From the IMG/VR virus record IMGVR_UViG_3300017917_003583, positions 1-64,000 of that record: DNA of 64,000 nt. One strand, given 5' to 3'. Below, piece by piece: positions 10,056-20,000 of the stretch (within the stretch, counting starts at the first letter, position 1; each line of letters starts with the position of its first letter). Source of the stretch: a virus. The position numbers and the translations under genes are program-made. Under the pieces are notes generated by a model, which saw nothing but the letters and a program-made list of their open reading frames with translations, had not been told where the DNA came from and did no database searches.

Positions 10056-10460
10056 TTAGTTGTGCAGAAGATGATCGGGTTTTTTCTCGATATGGATGGC
10101 TTCGGAGTGTGTTTCGTCCACCACCGGAGTATCACTAGTCAACAAAACGTCATTAGGGTCAACTCTGCGCAAGGTTCGTTTGCCCGACTCATCTTCGATT
10201 TCGATACCACGAGTCCAGCGACCGTGTGCCACGCAGATCCACTGCCCCACACTGAACTCGGTTTGGTCAGGGCCCACTGCGTAGATTTGCCCCCATCGCG
10301 GACGAATACCAATACTTTTGCCGTTGTCGTTCAGCAGCACGATACCACTGTTGAGTTTGCGCTCGTCGAATACCATTTCTGAAGCCAGCACATGATCGTT
10401 GAGTGGCTTGAGATGTTGTCGGTCGATTCGATGCGGTGCATACTGTGCTTTGGTTTCCAT
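10056..10460 (-). CDS. GroES-family co-chaperonin (T4 gp31-like)
   Basis: LKPLNDHVLAS...SGIVLL...GQIYAVGPD...GQWICVA GroES-fold pattern. Start at METKAQY with AAGAGG RBS. Confidence 0.65.
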   Translation of the reverse strand: METKAQYAPHRIDRQHLKPLNDHVLASEMVFDERKLNSGIVLLNDNGKSIGIRPRWGQIYAVGPDQTEFSVGQWICVAHGRWTRGIEIEDESGKRTLRRVDPNDVLLTSDTPVVDETHSEAIHIEKKPDHLLHN

Positions 10461-10461
10461 A

Positions 10462-10668
10462 TTACCTCTTGGTGTTTTGTGTGTCTTTGTTGTACTGACG
10501 TGCAACCTGTTGATTCTTGGTTGCAATCACTTGATTTTGGTCATCAACCACGTCGCCACGTGCGTTGGTCTTCATGTTGCCCACGGCTCTCACATGTTCG
10601 TTTTGCAAACGCAATGCGCCCATGTCAACACTTTTGCCTTGTGCGGTTCTGTAAACTTGATTGGTCAT
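10462..10668 (-). CDS. hypothetical small protein
   Basis: MTNQVYRTAQ start with GAGGA RBS. Confidence 0.4.
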   Translation of the reverse strand: MTNQVYRTAQGKSVDMGALRLQNEHVRAVGNMKTNARGDVVDDQNQVIATKNQQVARQYNKDTQNTKR

Positions 10669-10690
10669 GATATGATCCTCAAAAACATAT

Positions 10691-11206
10691 TTAACGTAAA
10701 AAGTCACTGGGGTCTAAATCATAGAACAGGCTGTCAACCCGATGAACACCCAGCTTGTACAACACATAACTGGCCACACTGGATCCACGTCCCACTCCCC
10801 AAATGAGTCGATGTTGCTGCATCACATCCACCAGGTACTTGAGATACTGCAACAGAGGAAACAGACCGCGCTCTTGATACATCAACAGTTCTTGACCGCA
10901 ACGTTGCAATTCCGCATCACTGTTGCATTGCGACAGCACATGTTCGGCGATGTCAAGATCGCGGTACTCCTGTGGCATGTGCCAGTGTTGTTGATTTTGG
11001 GCATCAAACTGTTGCACGGTGACATTGGCTGTGTGGGCCAGTTCCAGTGCGGGCATGTGCTTCAGTAGTTCAGCAGCTGGCGACAGGTCCACAGTGGAAT
11101 CAACCAATATGTTGCCCAGTGTGTGCAGTTGTTGATCGCGCATGACCAAATCAACGAGATCACTCTCGCTGAATATCATGCGTCCTAGATCATCTTGTGT
11201 CATCTT
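10691..11206 (-). CDS. hypothetical protein with DnaE-like GRGSSVASYVLYKLGV motif
   Basis: C-terminal motif resembles the conserved G-R-G-S-x-x-G-S-L-V segment of Pol III alpha. Start trimmed to avoid a 190-nt overlap. Confidence 0.35.
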   Translation of the reverse strand, partial: KMTQDDLGRMIFSESDLVDLVMRDQQLHTLGNILVDSTVDLSPAAELLKHMPALELAHTANVTVQQFDAQNQQHWHMPQEYRDLDIAEHVLSQCNSDAELQRCGQELLMYQERGLFPLLQYLKYLVDVMQQHRLIWGVGRGSSVASYVLYKLGVHRVDSLFYDLDPSDFLR

Positions 11207-11789
11207 TGCGGAATGTTCCGTACACCACGTGACCGCTGGACTTTGGTTGTTGCGCCGCAGTCCATTCCAAATCCAACTCTTTCCAGCCGTTGCCTTGCAC
11301 TCGCACCACATTGGAGTCGTGTTCCAGTTCGATATCGTTGTGGCGAGTGTTGCTGTGGTGCCACCAGCCGTCAACATCAAACATGCTGTACTGATCTTCT
11401 TGATCCATGCAATACATCAAATGGTTGCCTATTTCGCTCTTGATGTCAATGCCAGTCACTTGCACACGATCTTCCATGATTGAGTTCAACTTGTGGTACA
11501 GCGCCATACCAACAATTTGATCATGGGGGTCTTCGGGCAGTGTAGTGACATTCACACCCAGCGTGGCAAACAAGTCGCCCACACCAGAATCATTTTGGTT
11601 CACAAACACAGTATTTTCCAAAATGCCATACACAAAAGTGCGAACACGCTCTAGAGCAATGGTTATGTCTTCAGCATTGTGGGTTTTGGTTTCCATGTCC
11701 AACCCCACTGTGTAGCGGTTGAGTTCTAGCATGCCGTCAAGGTATGCACCACCTGGGAACTCGACTTCGTAGCGTAGTCTTGCGTTCAT
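11190..11789 (-). CDS. hypothetical protein
   Basis: 199-aa ORF in the operon. Confidence 0.45.
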   Translation of the reverse strand: MNARLRYEVEFPGGAYLDGMLELNRYTVGLDMETKTHNAEDITIALERVRTFVYGILENTVFVNQNDSGVGDLFATLGVNVTTLPEDPHDQIVGMALYHKLNSIMEDRVQVTGIDIKSEIGNHLMYCMDQEDQYSMFDVDGWWHHSNTRHNDIELEHDSNVVRVQGNGWKELDLEWTAAQQPKSSGHVVYGTFRKDDTR

Positions 11790-12019
11790 TGGATTTTGAT
11801 TTTGTCTTCAAAGTCTCCGCCGCGGCTCTTGTTGTATTGAGCCTGCAGGCGACTTCGATATTTGGTTTGGAAAGTTTCAATGGCCATTCTCAGCTGATTG
11901 GCCAGATGCCCGTTGCCCGAGCGCTGCACGATTGACAGTTTGTTGGTCAAATCGTTGATTCGAGCGAGGAGGTCATCATCGCTCAAATCATCAATGTTAC
12001 TGATTAACGGGTGTTCCAT
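11786..12019 (-). CDS. hypothetical coiled-coil protein
   Basis: 77-aa ORF, ATGA-coupled to the downstream gene. Confidence 0.35.
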   Translation of the reverse strand: MEHPLISNIDDLSDDDLLARINDLTNKLSIVQRSGNGHLANQLRMAIETFQTKYRSRLQAQYNKSRGGDFEDKIKIQ

Positions 12020-12063
12020 GCTTCAATTTTATGCAAATTGTCATGGCCTGTCAAGCGTAACGG

Positions 12064-13011
12064 TTAGGCAGTTGCGCCGCGAACCACAGCAAAGCCCAGC
12101 ACAATGGCTTCGCCCAGGTTGCCAGCTGTGACGTTTCTCACTGTGATCACTGCATTACCAGCACCGCATTGTGGGTTCAGTGTGTATGCACCTGCAGTGC
12201 CGCCTGACACATGATTCAGCACCAAGAGGTCGGTTGCAGCAATGGCGCTGTTGGTTAAGGTAAAGCTCACTGCAGTGCCTGCGTTGAGTGTGGCATTGTT
12301 CATGGTGATTTGTCCACTGGCAGTGTTCAGGGTCACGCCTGTGCTCTTGTCAGTCAACTGTGTCACTGTGCCACCGGCACCGGTACCGTAACCAATTTTG
12401 CTGGTTGCACCAATACTGGTCACGCCATTTGTGAACACGTTGAGTGGTCGATTGAGATCAAATACTGTGACAGTGGTTCCGCCATCGCTGGTGGTGAAGG
12501 CAAACTCATAGGTGCCAGTTGCAGCAAAAGTGATTATACCTGCTGAATAGCCCTGAATACCGGTCACGCCCAGAGTCACCGCTGCAGGCAGGGTCATGGT
12601 CTGACCAGCTATGGCAGCCACCTGCACACACACCCATCCATAGCTGCCATTGGCAGGCCAGTTGGTGAAACTGAGGCTGATGTTGCCTGACATCACAATG
12701 GTTTGATAGTGACCAGCAGCATAATTGATGGCAATTGATCCTGTGGTGGCAACTTGTGCCACTCGGGTCGCACTGAAGTCTTGAATTTTGGCAGCATAAA
12801 TGAGAGCGTCATTCATGTTGTTGTCTAGAGCTTGTCCGGTCAACGGCGCCTTCAAGATCACATTGGTTTGCAGATCATTGATTTCATTCTCTGCATACTC
12901 AAAATTGGTCTTGATGTTGGTGAAGTTGTCACGGAAACCTTGACTGTTGTTGTCCTGTCCTGCGACTGGGTACGCACCGTCAATGTTGTTGGGGTTGATG
13001 TTACTGGCCAT
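12064..13011 (-). CDS. tail fibre protein
   Basis: N-terminal NNSQGFRDNFTNIKTNFEY motif typical of phage fibre N-termini. The C-terminal 130 aa is paralogous to 15932..16534. AAGGA RBS. Confidence 0.7.
   Translation of the reverse strand: MASNINPNNIDGAYPVAGQDNNSQGFRDNFTNIKTNFEYAENEINDLQTNVILKAPLTGQALDNNMNDALIYAAKIQDFSATRVAQVATTGSIAINYAAGHYQTIVMSGNISLSFTNWPANGSYGWVCVQVAAIAGQTMTLPAAVTLGVTGIQGYSAGIITFAATGTYEFAFTTSDGGTTVTVFDLNRPLNVFTNGVTSIGATSKIGYGTGAGGTVTQLTDKSTGVTLNTASGQITMNNATLNAGTAVSFTLTNSAIAATDLLVLNHVSGGTAGAYTLNPQCGAGNAVITVRNVTAGNLGEAIVLGFAVVRGATA
12100..12440. repeat. ~340-bp direct repeat (about 85% identity) with 15960..16300
   Basis: Encodes the shared C-terminal domain of the two tail-fibre paralogs. 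Confidence 0.7.
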
Positions 13012-13027
13012 GTTGGTTGATCCTTGT

Positions 13028-15919
13028 TTATTCCAATATATTCACTCGGGGGAACACGAGATATTTATCATATTCATCACTGGCTGTGTACATATCCACT
13101 GGAGCCACAAACTGTATGCTGTTGTGGTCAAACGTGGTTGCATCCAGTCCAACTACCACAAGATCAAACGCGGCGCCCGAGCCTGAACCTGTGATATTTG
13201 TTCCCGAGATGTTGTAAAACTCAGCACCCAACAGCGGTGCTGGTGCTGTGCCTTGGCAGAATGCTAGATCTATTGATCCTGCCAAGTCCACCGAAGCCAC
13301 AGTGATCACTATGTCGTTGAATACATCTTGACCACCCACTTGGCTGCCCAGAATCCGAATCTGGTCTCCAGGTGCATAACCCACGCCGCCTGACAGGATC
13401 AGTGTGCTGTCGTTGCTGATAGGCAACTGATAGTGGGCTTGACGATCAAATGTGGTGATGCTGGCAGCGGGAGTCCAGGTCTGTGTCTGGGTGTCCCAGT
13501 TAATACTGAGCGAACGATCCAGAACATAGCGGTCCACCTTGAAGTCAATGGAGTTCAATTGCTGTTGATACTGTGTGGAAATGTAGTATGCGATTTGATT
13601 GCTGCGACCTGGTTTGGTGTAGCAAATGACCCAGGCCGGAGTAAAGCCCAGCACCTGACCATTGGGCTGTGTGCTGGTCATCCACAGCGGGAGAGTGCGG
13701 CTGTATTGCCCCACCACATCAATAACCTGATCTCGCATGTTGGGCAAACTGTTGGGGTATACCGAAGAAATTGTTTGGAAAGGGTCTGCTGGATCGGGTA
13801 CTGCATACGGCAGCGCCACAATTTTACTCACGCTGGTGCCGCTGGCGTTGACCAAGTCATCAACAATGCGTGAGTAAACAACTTCATACAACACATCTCC
13901 ATTGGCGTCACGTGCCACAGCAGTTTCGATTCGGCCCAGTGTGAGATTTTTCCAGTAGTGATTGAGGTACAGACTGCTCACATACTCATCAATGGTGGCT
14001 GGGTTCAGCCCGTATGCGTGAAAATAGGAGATTCGACTGGCCACACCAAAGTTGGGATCTTGTGGCCTAAAGATGTAGTCGGGCACAAAGATATCGGTAT
14101 CAGACAGCAACTCCTGCAGCTTGGCCCGGTCGTCAAACGGTGGCATGGCAGTGATGTAGAGATTCTGGAACGGTTTGTTGTACACACGATCCACTCGCAC
14201 AGTGAACGTTTTGCTAGATGACACCACGTTGCGTGTGCCCACCTGAGCCATTACCACTTGCAAGGCTGCGCCTGCTCCACCACCCTGATCAGTTATGGTG
14301 ATGGTTGCCGGTGCTGTATAGCCATACCCACCTTGTGTTACCGGAACGGTGATCAGTTGGCCGCCTGAAATTCCAGGTACGCCGGCAACGGCAGTCACAG
14401 CATCCGCACCCACTGGTGAATCAAATGCAAACGTGGGCGGAGTCAACGCACTGTATCCACTACCGCCATTCTCGACCACAATTCGATCAACTTTGTATAT
14501 GGGCTGTGAGAATTCGGGTGCGTATGCCTCCACAGTGAATGTGAACTCGCTGTCAAATGTGGTGCCCACGCTGTTGAGATTTCGAGTCACCAGCACACTG
14601 GTATCAAATGTGGTGGTGCCGTTGTCCAAGGCAAACGTATCAAAACTCACAGATCCAATCAGTTCACCTGTTGGCAGCAATTCTAGACCTTGTGGCAGTT
14701 GGTTGAATGCACCGGGTGCCAGGCGATACTCAAGCTCAACACCAGCAGACGACTCAGCCGCAACTTGCAGAATACTGTCACTGCCGTTGTCGATGGTTCC
14801 AAGGTGACTGCTGGACAGCCAATTTATGTTTCGATCAACTGCCCCAGTCACGGTCAATGTAAACGGGTATGCTTGACTGACAGATGCTGGATTGGTACTC
14901 TCGCTCACTGTAACAGTGAAGCTGTAGGTTATTTCGGTGTCCAACGGTTGACTGGGAATATATCCGTACAGCCAGCCTGTGGCTGGATCAAGGGTCAAGC
15001 CTGGCGGCAATCCATAGCCTTGATCGACTGCAAGGTTGTACTGCAATGTCTGGCTATCGTAGTCTTGACCTATAAACTGATATGCAAAATAGTTGTCGCT
15101 TCTGACAGATCCCAAGTTGCTGGGTTCGGAGTTGATCAAGAACGGTGCCCGGGCAGTGGTCACATCAGCAGTGACAAATGTGTTGTCGGCAGTGATTTGT
15201 GTGTTGTCCGCAGTGAGCGTGGTCTTGCTGTACACAAACATGGTGAACTGGCGTATGTCACTGCTGACTCCATCAAAGACTTCCAGTGTGAACTGGTAGT
15301 TTTTGCTTTGACTGTTGTTGACAAAATCATAAGGGTCACTGCTATAGGCCTGCCGATCGTAGCCAGAATCGCTGCCCACTGGCACCAACGGCTGGATATA
15401 CCCATACAGTCTGCCGCTGGGAGTCAGTGTGAGACCGCCAGGCAGTTCGCCTGAAATCACGCTGATCACAACAGTTTCGTTGGGATCAAGGTTTGAGTAT
15501 TCGAACACAAAATCAACCTCGCCGCCGTCGTAGTACTGCCCGATCTGCCCTGCTGGGGTAATCCATCGTGGTGTATCAGCTCCGGTAACAGTGATACTGA
15601 AGGTGCGATCTGCCAAACGGTCAACCACAGTTTGTCCGTCTACTACCTGAGTGGTATAAGCTCTCACTGTGAATTTGCTCACAACGTCACGGTTGACCAG
15701 CAGCGGAATCCCCTGTACCTCTATCACACTGGTGGTAGGCACACCGGTAATGGTACCGTATGGGCTGATTTGTACGCCAGCAGGCAGTGTGCCTGAGATC
15801 ACTCGGTAAAACACCGGCGAAGCATCATCGGTGGTGGCCAGTAACGGTTGCTCGTAAAAAACTTGCTCGGGCACTTTGCCCAGGCTTCCTGCAGGTGTCT
15901 GCCAAACTGGTTGTCCCAT
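13028..15919 (-). CDS. large virion structural protein with repeated Ig-like / beta-sandwich modules (963 aa)
   Basis: Repetitive T/S/G-rich beta-strand modules throughout; lies in the fibre operon between two fibre paralogs. Confidence 0.65.
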   Translation of the reverse strand: MGQPVWQTPAGSLGKVPEQVFYEQPLLATTDDASPVFYRVISGTLPAGVQISPYGTITGVPTTSVIEVQGIPLLVNRDVVSKFTVRAYTTQVVDGQTVVDRLADRTFSITVTGADTPRWITPAGQIGQYYDGGEVDFVFEYSNLDPNETVVISVISGELPGGLTLTPSGRLYGYIQPLVPVGSDSGYDRQAYSSDPYDFVNNSQSKNYQFTLEVFDGVSSDIRQFTMFVYSKTTLTADNTQITADNTFVTADVTTARAPFLINSEPSNLGSVRSDNYFAYQFIGQDYDSQTLQYNLAVDQGYGLPPGLTLDPATGWLYGYIPSQPLDTEITYSFTVTVSESTNPASVSQAYPFTLTVTGAVDRNINWLSSSHLGTIDNGSDSILQVAAESSAGVELEYRLAPGAFNQLPQGLELLPTGELIGSVSFDTFALDNGTTTFDTSVLVTRNLNSVGTTFDSEFTFTVEAYAPEFSQPIYKVDRIVVENGGSGYSALTPPTFAFDSPVGADAVTAVAGVPGISGGQLITVPVTQGGYGYTAPATITITDQGGGAGAALQVVMAQVGTRNVVSSSKTFTVRVDRVYNKPFQNLYITAMPPFDDRAKLQELLSDTDIFVPDYIFRPQDPNFGVASRISYFHAYGLNPATIDEYVSSLYLNHYWKNLTLGRIETAVARDANGDVLYEVVYSRIVDDLVNASGTSVSKIVALPYAVPDPADPFQTISSVYPNSLPNMRDQVIDVVGQYSRTLPLWMTSTQPNGQVLGFTPAWVICYTKPGRSNQIAYYISTQYQQQLNSIDFKVDRYVLDRSLSINWDTQTQTWTPAASITTFDRQAHYQLPISNDSTLILSGGVGYAPGDQIRILGSQVGGQDVFNDIVITVASVDLAGSIDLAFCQGTAPAPLLGAEFYNISGTNITGSGSGAAFDLVVVGLDATTFDHNSIQFVAPVDMYTASDEYDKYLVFPRVNILE

Positions 15920-15931
15920 GCTATTGTTCCA

Positions 15932-16534
15932 TTAACTGGTGACTGCTTTTACCACAGCAAAGCCCAACACAATGGCTTCGCCTAGATTTCCAGCTGTGAC
16001 GTTTCTCACAGTGATCACAGCGTTGCCAGCGCCACATTGCGGGTTGATGTTGTAGGCAGCACTGGTTCCGCCTGACACATGATTCATGACCAGTATGTCG
16101 CCTGCAGCAATGGTGCTGTTGGTCAGTGTAAAGCTCACCGCAGCGCCTGCATTGAGTGTGGCGTTGTTCATGGTGATTTGCCCACATGCAGAGTTGAGTG
16201 TTACTCCAGTGCTCTTATCAGTCAGCTGTGTCACTGTGCCGCCAGCGCCGGTGCTGTATCCTATTCCGGCTGTGTTGCTGGAGCTCAACACCCCGACAGT
16301 GGCAGTGACCGAGCTAGAGCTGATCGACACCACGTTGGCTGTGTTGGCCACGCTCACCAGCACCGAACTGTTGGCCAGCACTTTTACATTGCTGGTACCG
16401 TTGGATATGCCTGATGCACCAACCCCGGCATAGAGTTCTGTAAAATTTGCGTTTGTTTTGGTAAACGCTGTTCGCAGCGGGTCGCCAAGTCCGTCATTTG
16501 GGGCGGCGCCAACGTTGATTACTTGTTGAGTCAT
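15932..16534 (-). CDS. tail fibre protein (paralog of 12064..13011)
   Basis: N-terminal GLGDPLRTAFTKTNANFTELY fibre motif. Start moved to MTQQVIN at 16534 with AAGAGGGATAATC RBS. The C-terminus is ~85% identical at nucleotide level to 12064..12460. Confidence 0.7.
   Translation of the reverse strand: MTQQVINVGAAPNDGLGDPLRTAFTKTNANFTELYAGVGASGISNGTSNVKVLANSSVLVSVANTANVVSISSSSVTATVGVLSSSNTAGIGYSTGAGGTVTQLTDKSTGVTLNSACGQITMNNATLNAGAAVSFTLTNSTIAAGDILVMNHVSGGTSAAYNINPQCGAGNAVITVRNVTAGNLGEAIVLGFAVVKAVTS
15960..16300. repeat. second copy of the ~340-bp tail-fibre C-terminal repeat
   Basis: See 12100..12440. Confidence 0.7.
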
Positions 16535-16550
16535 GATTATCCCTCTTGGG

Positions 16551-16601
16551 GTATTTAGCTGGGTTTCTTGCGATGGTGCCTGTAGATTTCGAGCTAAATA
16601 C
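16551..16601. promoter_or_regulatory. perfect 10-bp inverted repeat GTATTTAGCT...AGCTAAATAC in the divergent tail-fibre intergenic region; candidate divergent late promoters (TAAATA core)
   Basis: Each arm places CTAAATAC 17-20 nt upstream of the ATG of the fibre gene it faces (16534 minus, 16621 plus). Confidence 0.4.
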
Positions 16602-16620
16602 ATCAAACTTTGGAGAGTTG

Positions 16621-18418
16621 GATGTCTTACATAATCAATAACAGTCGCGGCGAGCTCTTGGTAGTGGTCGGGGATGGTACCATCAACACCACGGCCACTA
16701 GTCTGAGCCTGATTGGGCAAGGGGTCACAAATTTTGGCACTTCTCAGAACGAAAACTTTGTGTACTTGTTGGAGAATTTCGCAGATTCTGCCCCGCCTTC
16801 TAATGCGTTGACTGGGCAATTGTGGTACGATATCACCAGCGATGTTGTCAAAGCATATGACACAGCCAATGTCTGGGTGGGTCTAGCCACTCAGCCGTAT
16901 GTGCAGGCACAGAAAATCAGTCCAGCTTTTTCGGGTACACCCACAGCACCCACCGCAGCCAACGCCACTAGTGATACACAGATTGCAACCACTGCATTTG
17001 TTCAGAATGTGGTCACAAATCAAGCTGTGTTTGATGCGGCCACTTATGCACCATTGAACAGCGCAAATCTTGTGGGTGTGCCCACAGCGCCCACAGCAGC
17101 ACCAGGCACAGCAACGACCCAGCTGGCCACCACTGCATTTGTGACCAACAGCCCGGCACTGGCCGGCACGCCCACAGCACCCACAGCAGATGTTTCCAGC
17201 AGCAACACTCAAATTGCCACCACTGCGTTTGTGCAGGCACAGAAATTTAGTCCGGTGTTTACAGGAATTCCCACAGCGCCCACAGCAGCCAACACCACCA
17301 ATGACACGCAAATTGCCACCACTGCATTTGTACAGGCACAAAAGAACAACATTGTGCTGACCGGGGTACCCACAGCACCCACAGCAGCCAATGGAACCAG
17401 CAACACACAAATTGCCACCACTGCATTTGTATCCAGCACAGTGGTAGCGGCCACTGCGTCATTGGGCACCATGAGCACACAAAACGCCAACGCAGTCAAC
17501 ATCACTGGTGGATCTATTGCTGTGGCAGCTGGTGGTACCGGTGCAACCACAGCAGCGGGCGCTCGAACCAATCTGGGGCTGGGCACACTGGCAACTCAAA
17601 ACGCCAATGCAGTCACCATCACAGGCGGAGCTATTGTGGGCATCAGTCCCATTGCTGTGAGTGACGGCGGCACAGCAGCCACCACAGCAGCTGGTGCAAG
17701 AACCAACCTGGGGCTGGGATCTATGGCCACGCAAAACGCCAATGCGGTCACCATCACCGGGGGTTCTATCATGAGTACCCCGATCACAGGCAGCTTGTTC
17801 ATCGGCACAGTTACAAATTCTGGCATCATCAACCCCACTATTTCGGGAGGCAGCATCACAGGCATCACTGACTTGGCAATTGCCGATGGTGGCACTGGTG
17901 CTAGTGACCCAGCTGGTGCAAGAAACAATCTAGGCCTGGGCTCCATGTCCACTCAAAATGCCAGCTCGGTCAGTATCACAGGCGGCAGCATCACTGGAAT
18001 CAGTCCCATTGCTGTGGCAGCTGGTGGTACTGGTGCCACCACAGCAGCTGGTGCAAGAAATGCACTAGCGGTGCCAGCAATAGACGGCACCGGTGCATCG
18101 GGAACCTGGCCCATCACCATAACTGGATATGCTGCGGTGTCTTTTGGCTACGGCCAATCATGGCAGGCAGTGGCTAGATCAAGCGGTACCTGGTATCAAA
18201 ATACCACAGACCGACCCATCATGGTGTTTGCTCGCTGGGGCACATTCTTTGGTGATGTAAACTTTTATGTCAACGCATTTGTGCCCAGCTACACTGGTTC
18301 GGTTAACATTCCGTTTGGCGACGGCGACAGCGATGCTGGTTCGTTTGGCATTATTGTTGTGCCGCCAGCACAGTATTACACATGCGACAATTGGGGCGTT
18401 GCCCGGGAGCTTAGATAA
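16621..18418 (+). CDS. tail fibre protein with tandem phage-fibre repeats
   Basis: About 10 repeats of TAPTAA...NDTQIATTAFV / ARTNLGLG type. Start at MSYIINN, 16621. Confidence 0.8.
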
Positions 18419-18795
18419 TGGAAGTTAGTTTTTACCACCCAGAAATTGGTCATTGGCAAGCAATTGAAGAGCCAAGTCAAGAGATCTTAAACAAGTATCC
18501 TCCGGGTACAAAACGCATACCGTTGTGCCCTGGTCCTGGTTACACATTCAATGGTACCAAATGGGTTGCACCAACACAGGCATGGTTAGACGACAATGCC
18601 GCAAAAATTGCAAGGGCCGAGCGCGCCGCTTTGTTGTATCATCATGTGGATCCAGTGGTGTCAAATCCTCTGCGCTGGAACAGCATGACACAGGCCCAGC
18701 GAGATGCATGGGCAGCTTATAGGCAAGCCTTGCTGGACATCAGCCAACAGACAGGATTCCCGCATGAGATTGAATGGCCCACTAAACCAGCTTAA
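18418..18795 (+). CDS. tail fibre assembly chaperone (putative)
   Basis: Small Trp-rich ORF immediately 3' of the fibre gene with a TAATG stop-start overlap. Confidence 0.5.
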   Translation: MEVSFYHPEIGHWQAIEEPSQEILNKYPPGTKRIPLCPGPGYTFNGTKWVAPTQAWLDDNAAKIARAERAALLYHHVDPVVSNPLRWNSMTQAQRDAWAAYRQALLDISQQTGFPHEIEWPTKPA

Positions 18796-18799
18796 CTGA

Positions 18800-19348
18800 T
18801 CAAAGACGTTGTTCGCAAACGTCCCAGTCAATAATACGCCACATGTTGTTGAGGTATTGCTTTTTGTCAGCCTGGTAATCTAGAGCCCAAGCATGCTCCC
18901 ACCAATCAATCAGCATGCAGATGTCGGTGCGTACAGCATGGTTGGCAATGGTTTTGATTTCGCCGCCGGTGCTGAGGTACACCCAGCCTGAGCCTTGAAT
19001 CTTCATGGCAGTTTGTTCAAACTGCTCTTTGAAATCTTCCCAGGTCTTGAAGTTTTTCTCAATCAGCGCGAGTACAGCACCGCGGGGGCGGTTGGAGGCT
19101 TTAGGAGCCCTAAGCTGAGGGAAAAATTTATTGTGCAAAAAACTACCAGCACGATTAAAATCGGCATTGCCTTCTCCAGAGTTGTAGCGTTGGGCATAGC
19201 CCTTGGCCAGATGCTCGTAATGGTAGTCGATGGTGGCTCGACTCATCACAGGTTCTAGATCTCGCTCGCCATAGGGCAAGGGAGTTGTTTCCAGCTTGGC
19301 GGGTCTAGTGCTGGCTTCCACAAGGTTGATAGTATCTCTAATGTCCAT
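18800..19348 (-). CDS. Fe/Mn superoxide dismutase
   Basis: LPYGERDLEP, HHxxH, and C-terminal DWWEHAWALDYQ metal-ligand motif. Confidence 0.85.
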   Translation of the reverse strand: MDIRDTINLVEASTRPAKLETTPLPYGERDLEPVMSRATIDYHYEHLAKGYAQRYNSGEGNADFNRAGSFLHNKFFPQLRAPKASNRPRGAVLALIEKNFKTWEDFKEQFEQTAMKIQGSGWVYLSTGGEIKTIANHAVRTDICMLIDWWEHAWALDYQADKKQYLNNMWRIIDWDVCEQRL

Positions 19349-19356
19349 AGAGATAT

Positions 19357-19575
19357 TTATCGACGTCGAGTGATACGTCCCTTGGTTAGGTCATAGGGGC
19401 TGAATTCCACTTCCACTGTGTCACCCAGCAGGATTTTGATGTTGTGCTGTCGCATGCGCCCGGAAATGATTCCGGTGATCACTGTTTCAGTGTTGTTGAT
19501 TTTGACTTTGAACATGGCGTTGGGCAGCACGTCTACCACAACCCCGTCCATTTTGATTCCATCTTCTTTGGCCAT
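19357..19575 (-). CDS. infA: translation initiation factor IF-1
   Basis: [71 protein letters not shown] matches bacterial IF1 nearly end to end. The upstream extension in the ORF call is discarded. Confidence 0.85.
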   Translation of the reverse strand: MAKEDGIKMDGVVVDVLPNAMFKVKINNTETVITGIISGRMRQHNIKILLGDTVEVEFSPYDLTKGRITRRR

Positions 19576-19585
19576 AGACTGATAC

Positions 19586-19999
19586 TTATGCAAGGTCAAT
19601 TTCAAGGGTGATCTTTTGCAAGCGATCCATTCGGAAACTGCGCCAGCCCCGAGCGTCAAGATCGTATACCACCACGGTATGCAGTTCTTCTCCTGACTTG
19701 GACTTGGCGGACTTTGTGCCCGTATCCGTGGTATCAAACATTTTCTTGGCCACGTCCTCGGGGATCAAGCCCCAGCAGCGAGTGCATCGCATCACACGCT
19801 GGGTGCCGTCGGCCTTGACAAAGGTCACTTGTGCCACAGCGTCGGTGCCCAGGATCTTGGCCACCCAGCCGCGCCAGTTGGCTTGTTCCTCTGGGGTGCA
19901 TTCTTGATAACGTGTGCCTGGTTTGCGGCTCAACAGGCGCAAGAGTTCGGCCTGTTCCCAGGTCACGTGGTCGGGAGTGGGGATGGAGGTATCGTTCAT
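19586..19999 (-). CDS. hypothetical protein
   Basis: ORF with [11 protein letters not shown]; start at MNDTSIP. Confidence 0.4.
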   Translation of the reverse strand: MNDTSIPTPDHVTWEQAELLRLLSRKPGTRYQECTPEEQANWRGWVAKILGTDAVAQVTFVKADGTQRVMRCTRCWGLIPEDVAKKMFDTTDTGTKSAKSKSGEELHTVVVYDLDARGWRSFRMDRLQKITLEIDLA

Positions 20000-20000
20000 G

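Noticed and set aside
16883-17952. Cys-rich ORFs antisense to the tail-fibre repeat region
   Set aside because: Artefacts of the GC-rich repetitive fibre coding sequence read on the opposite strand.
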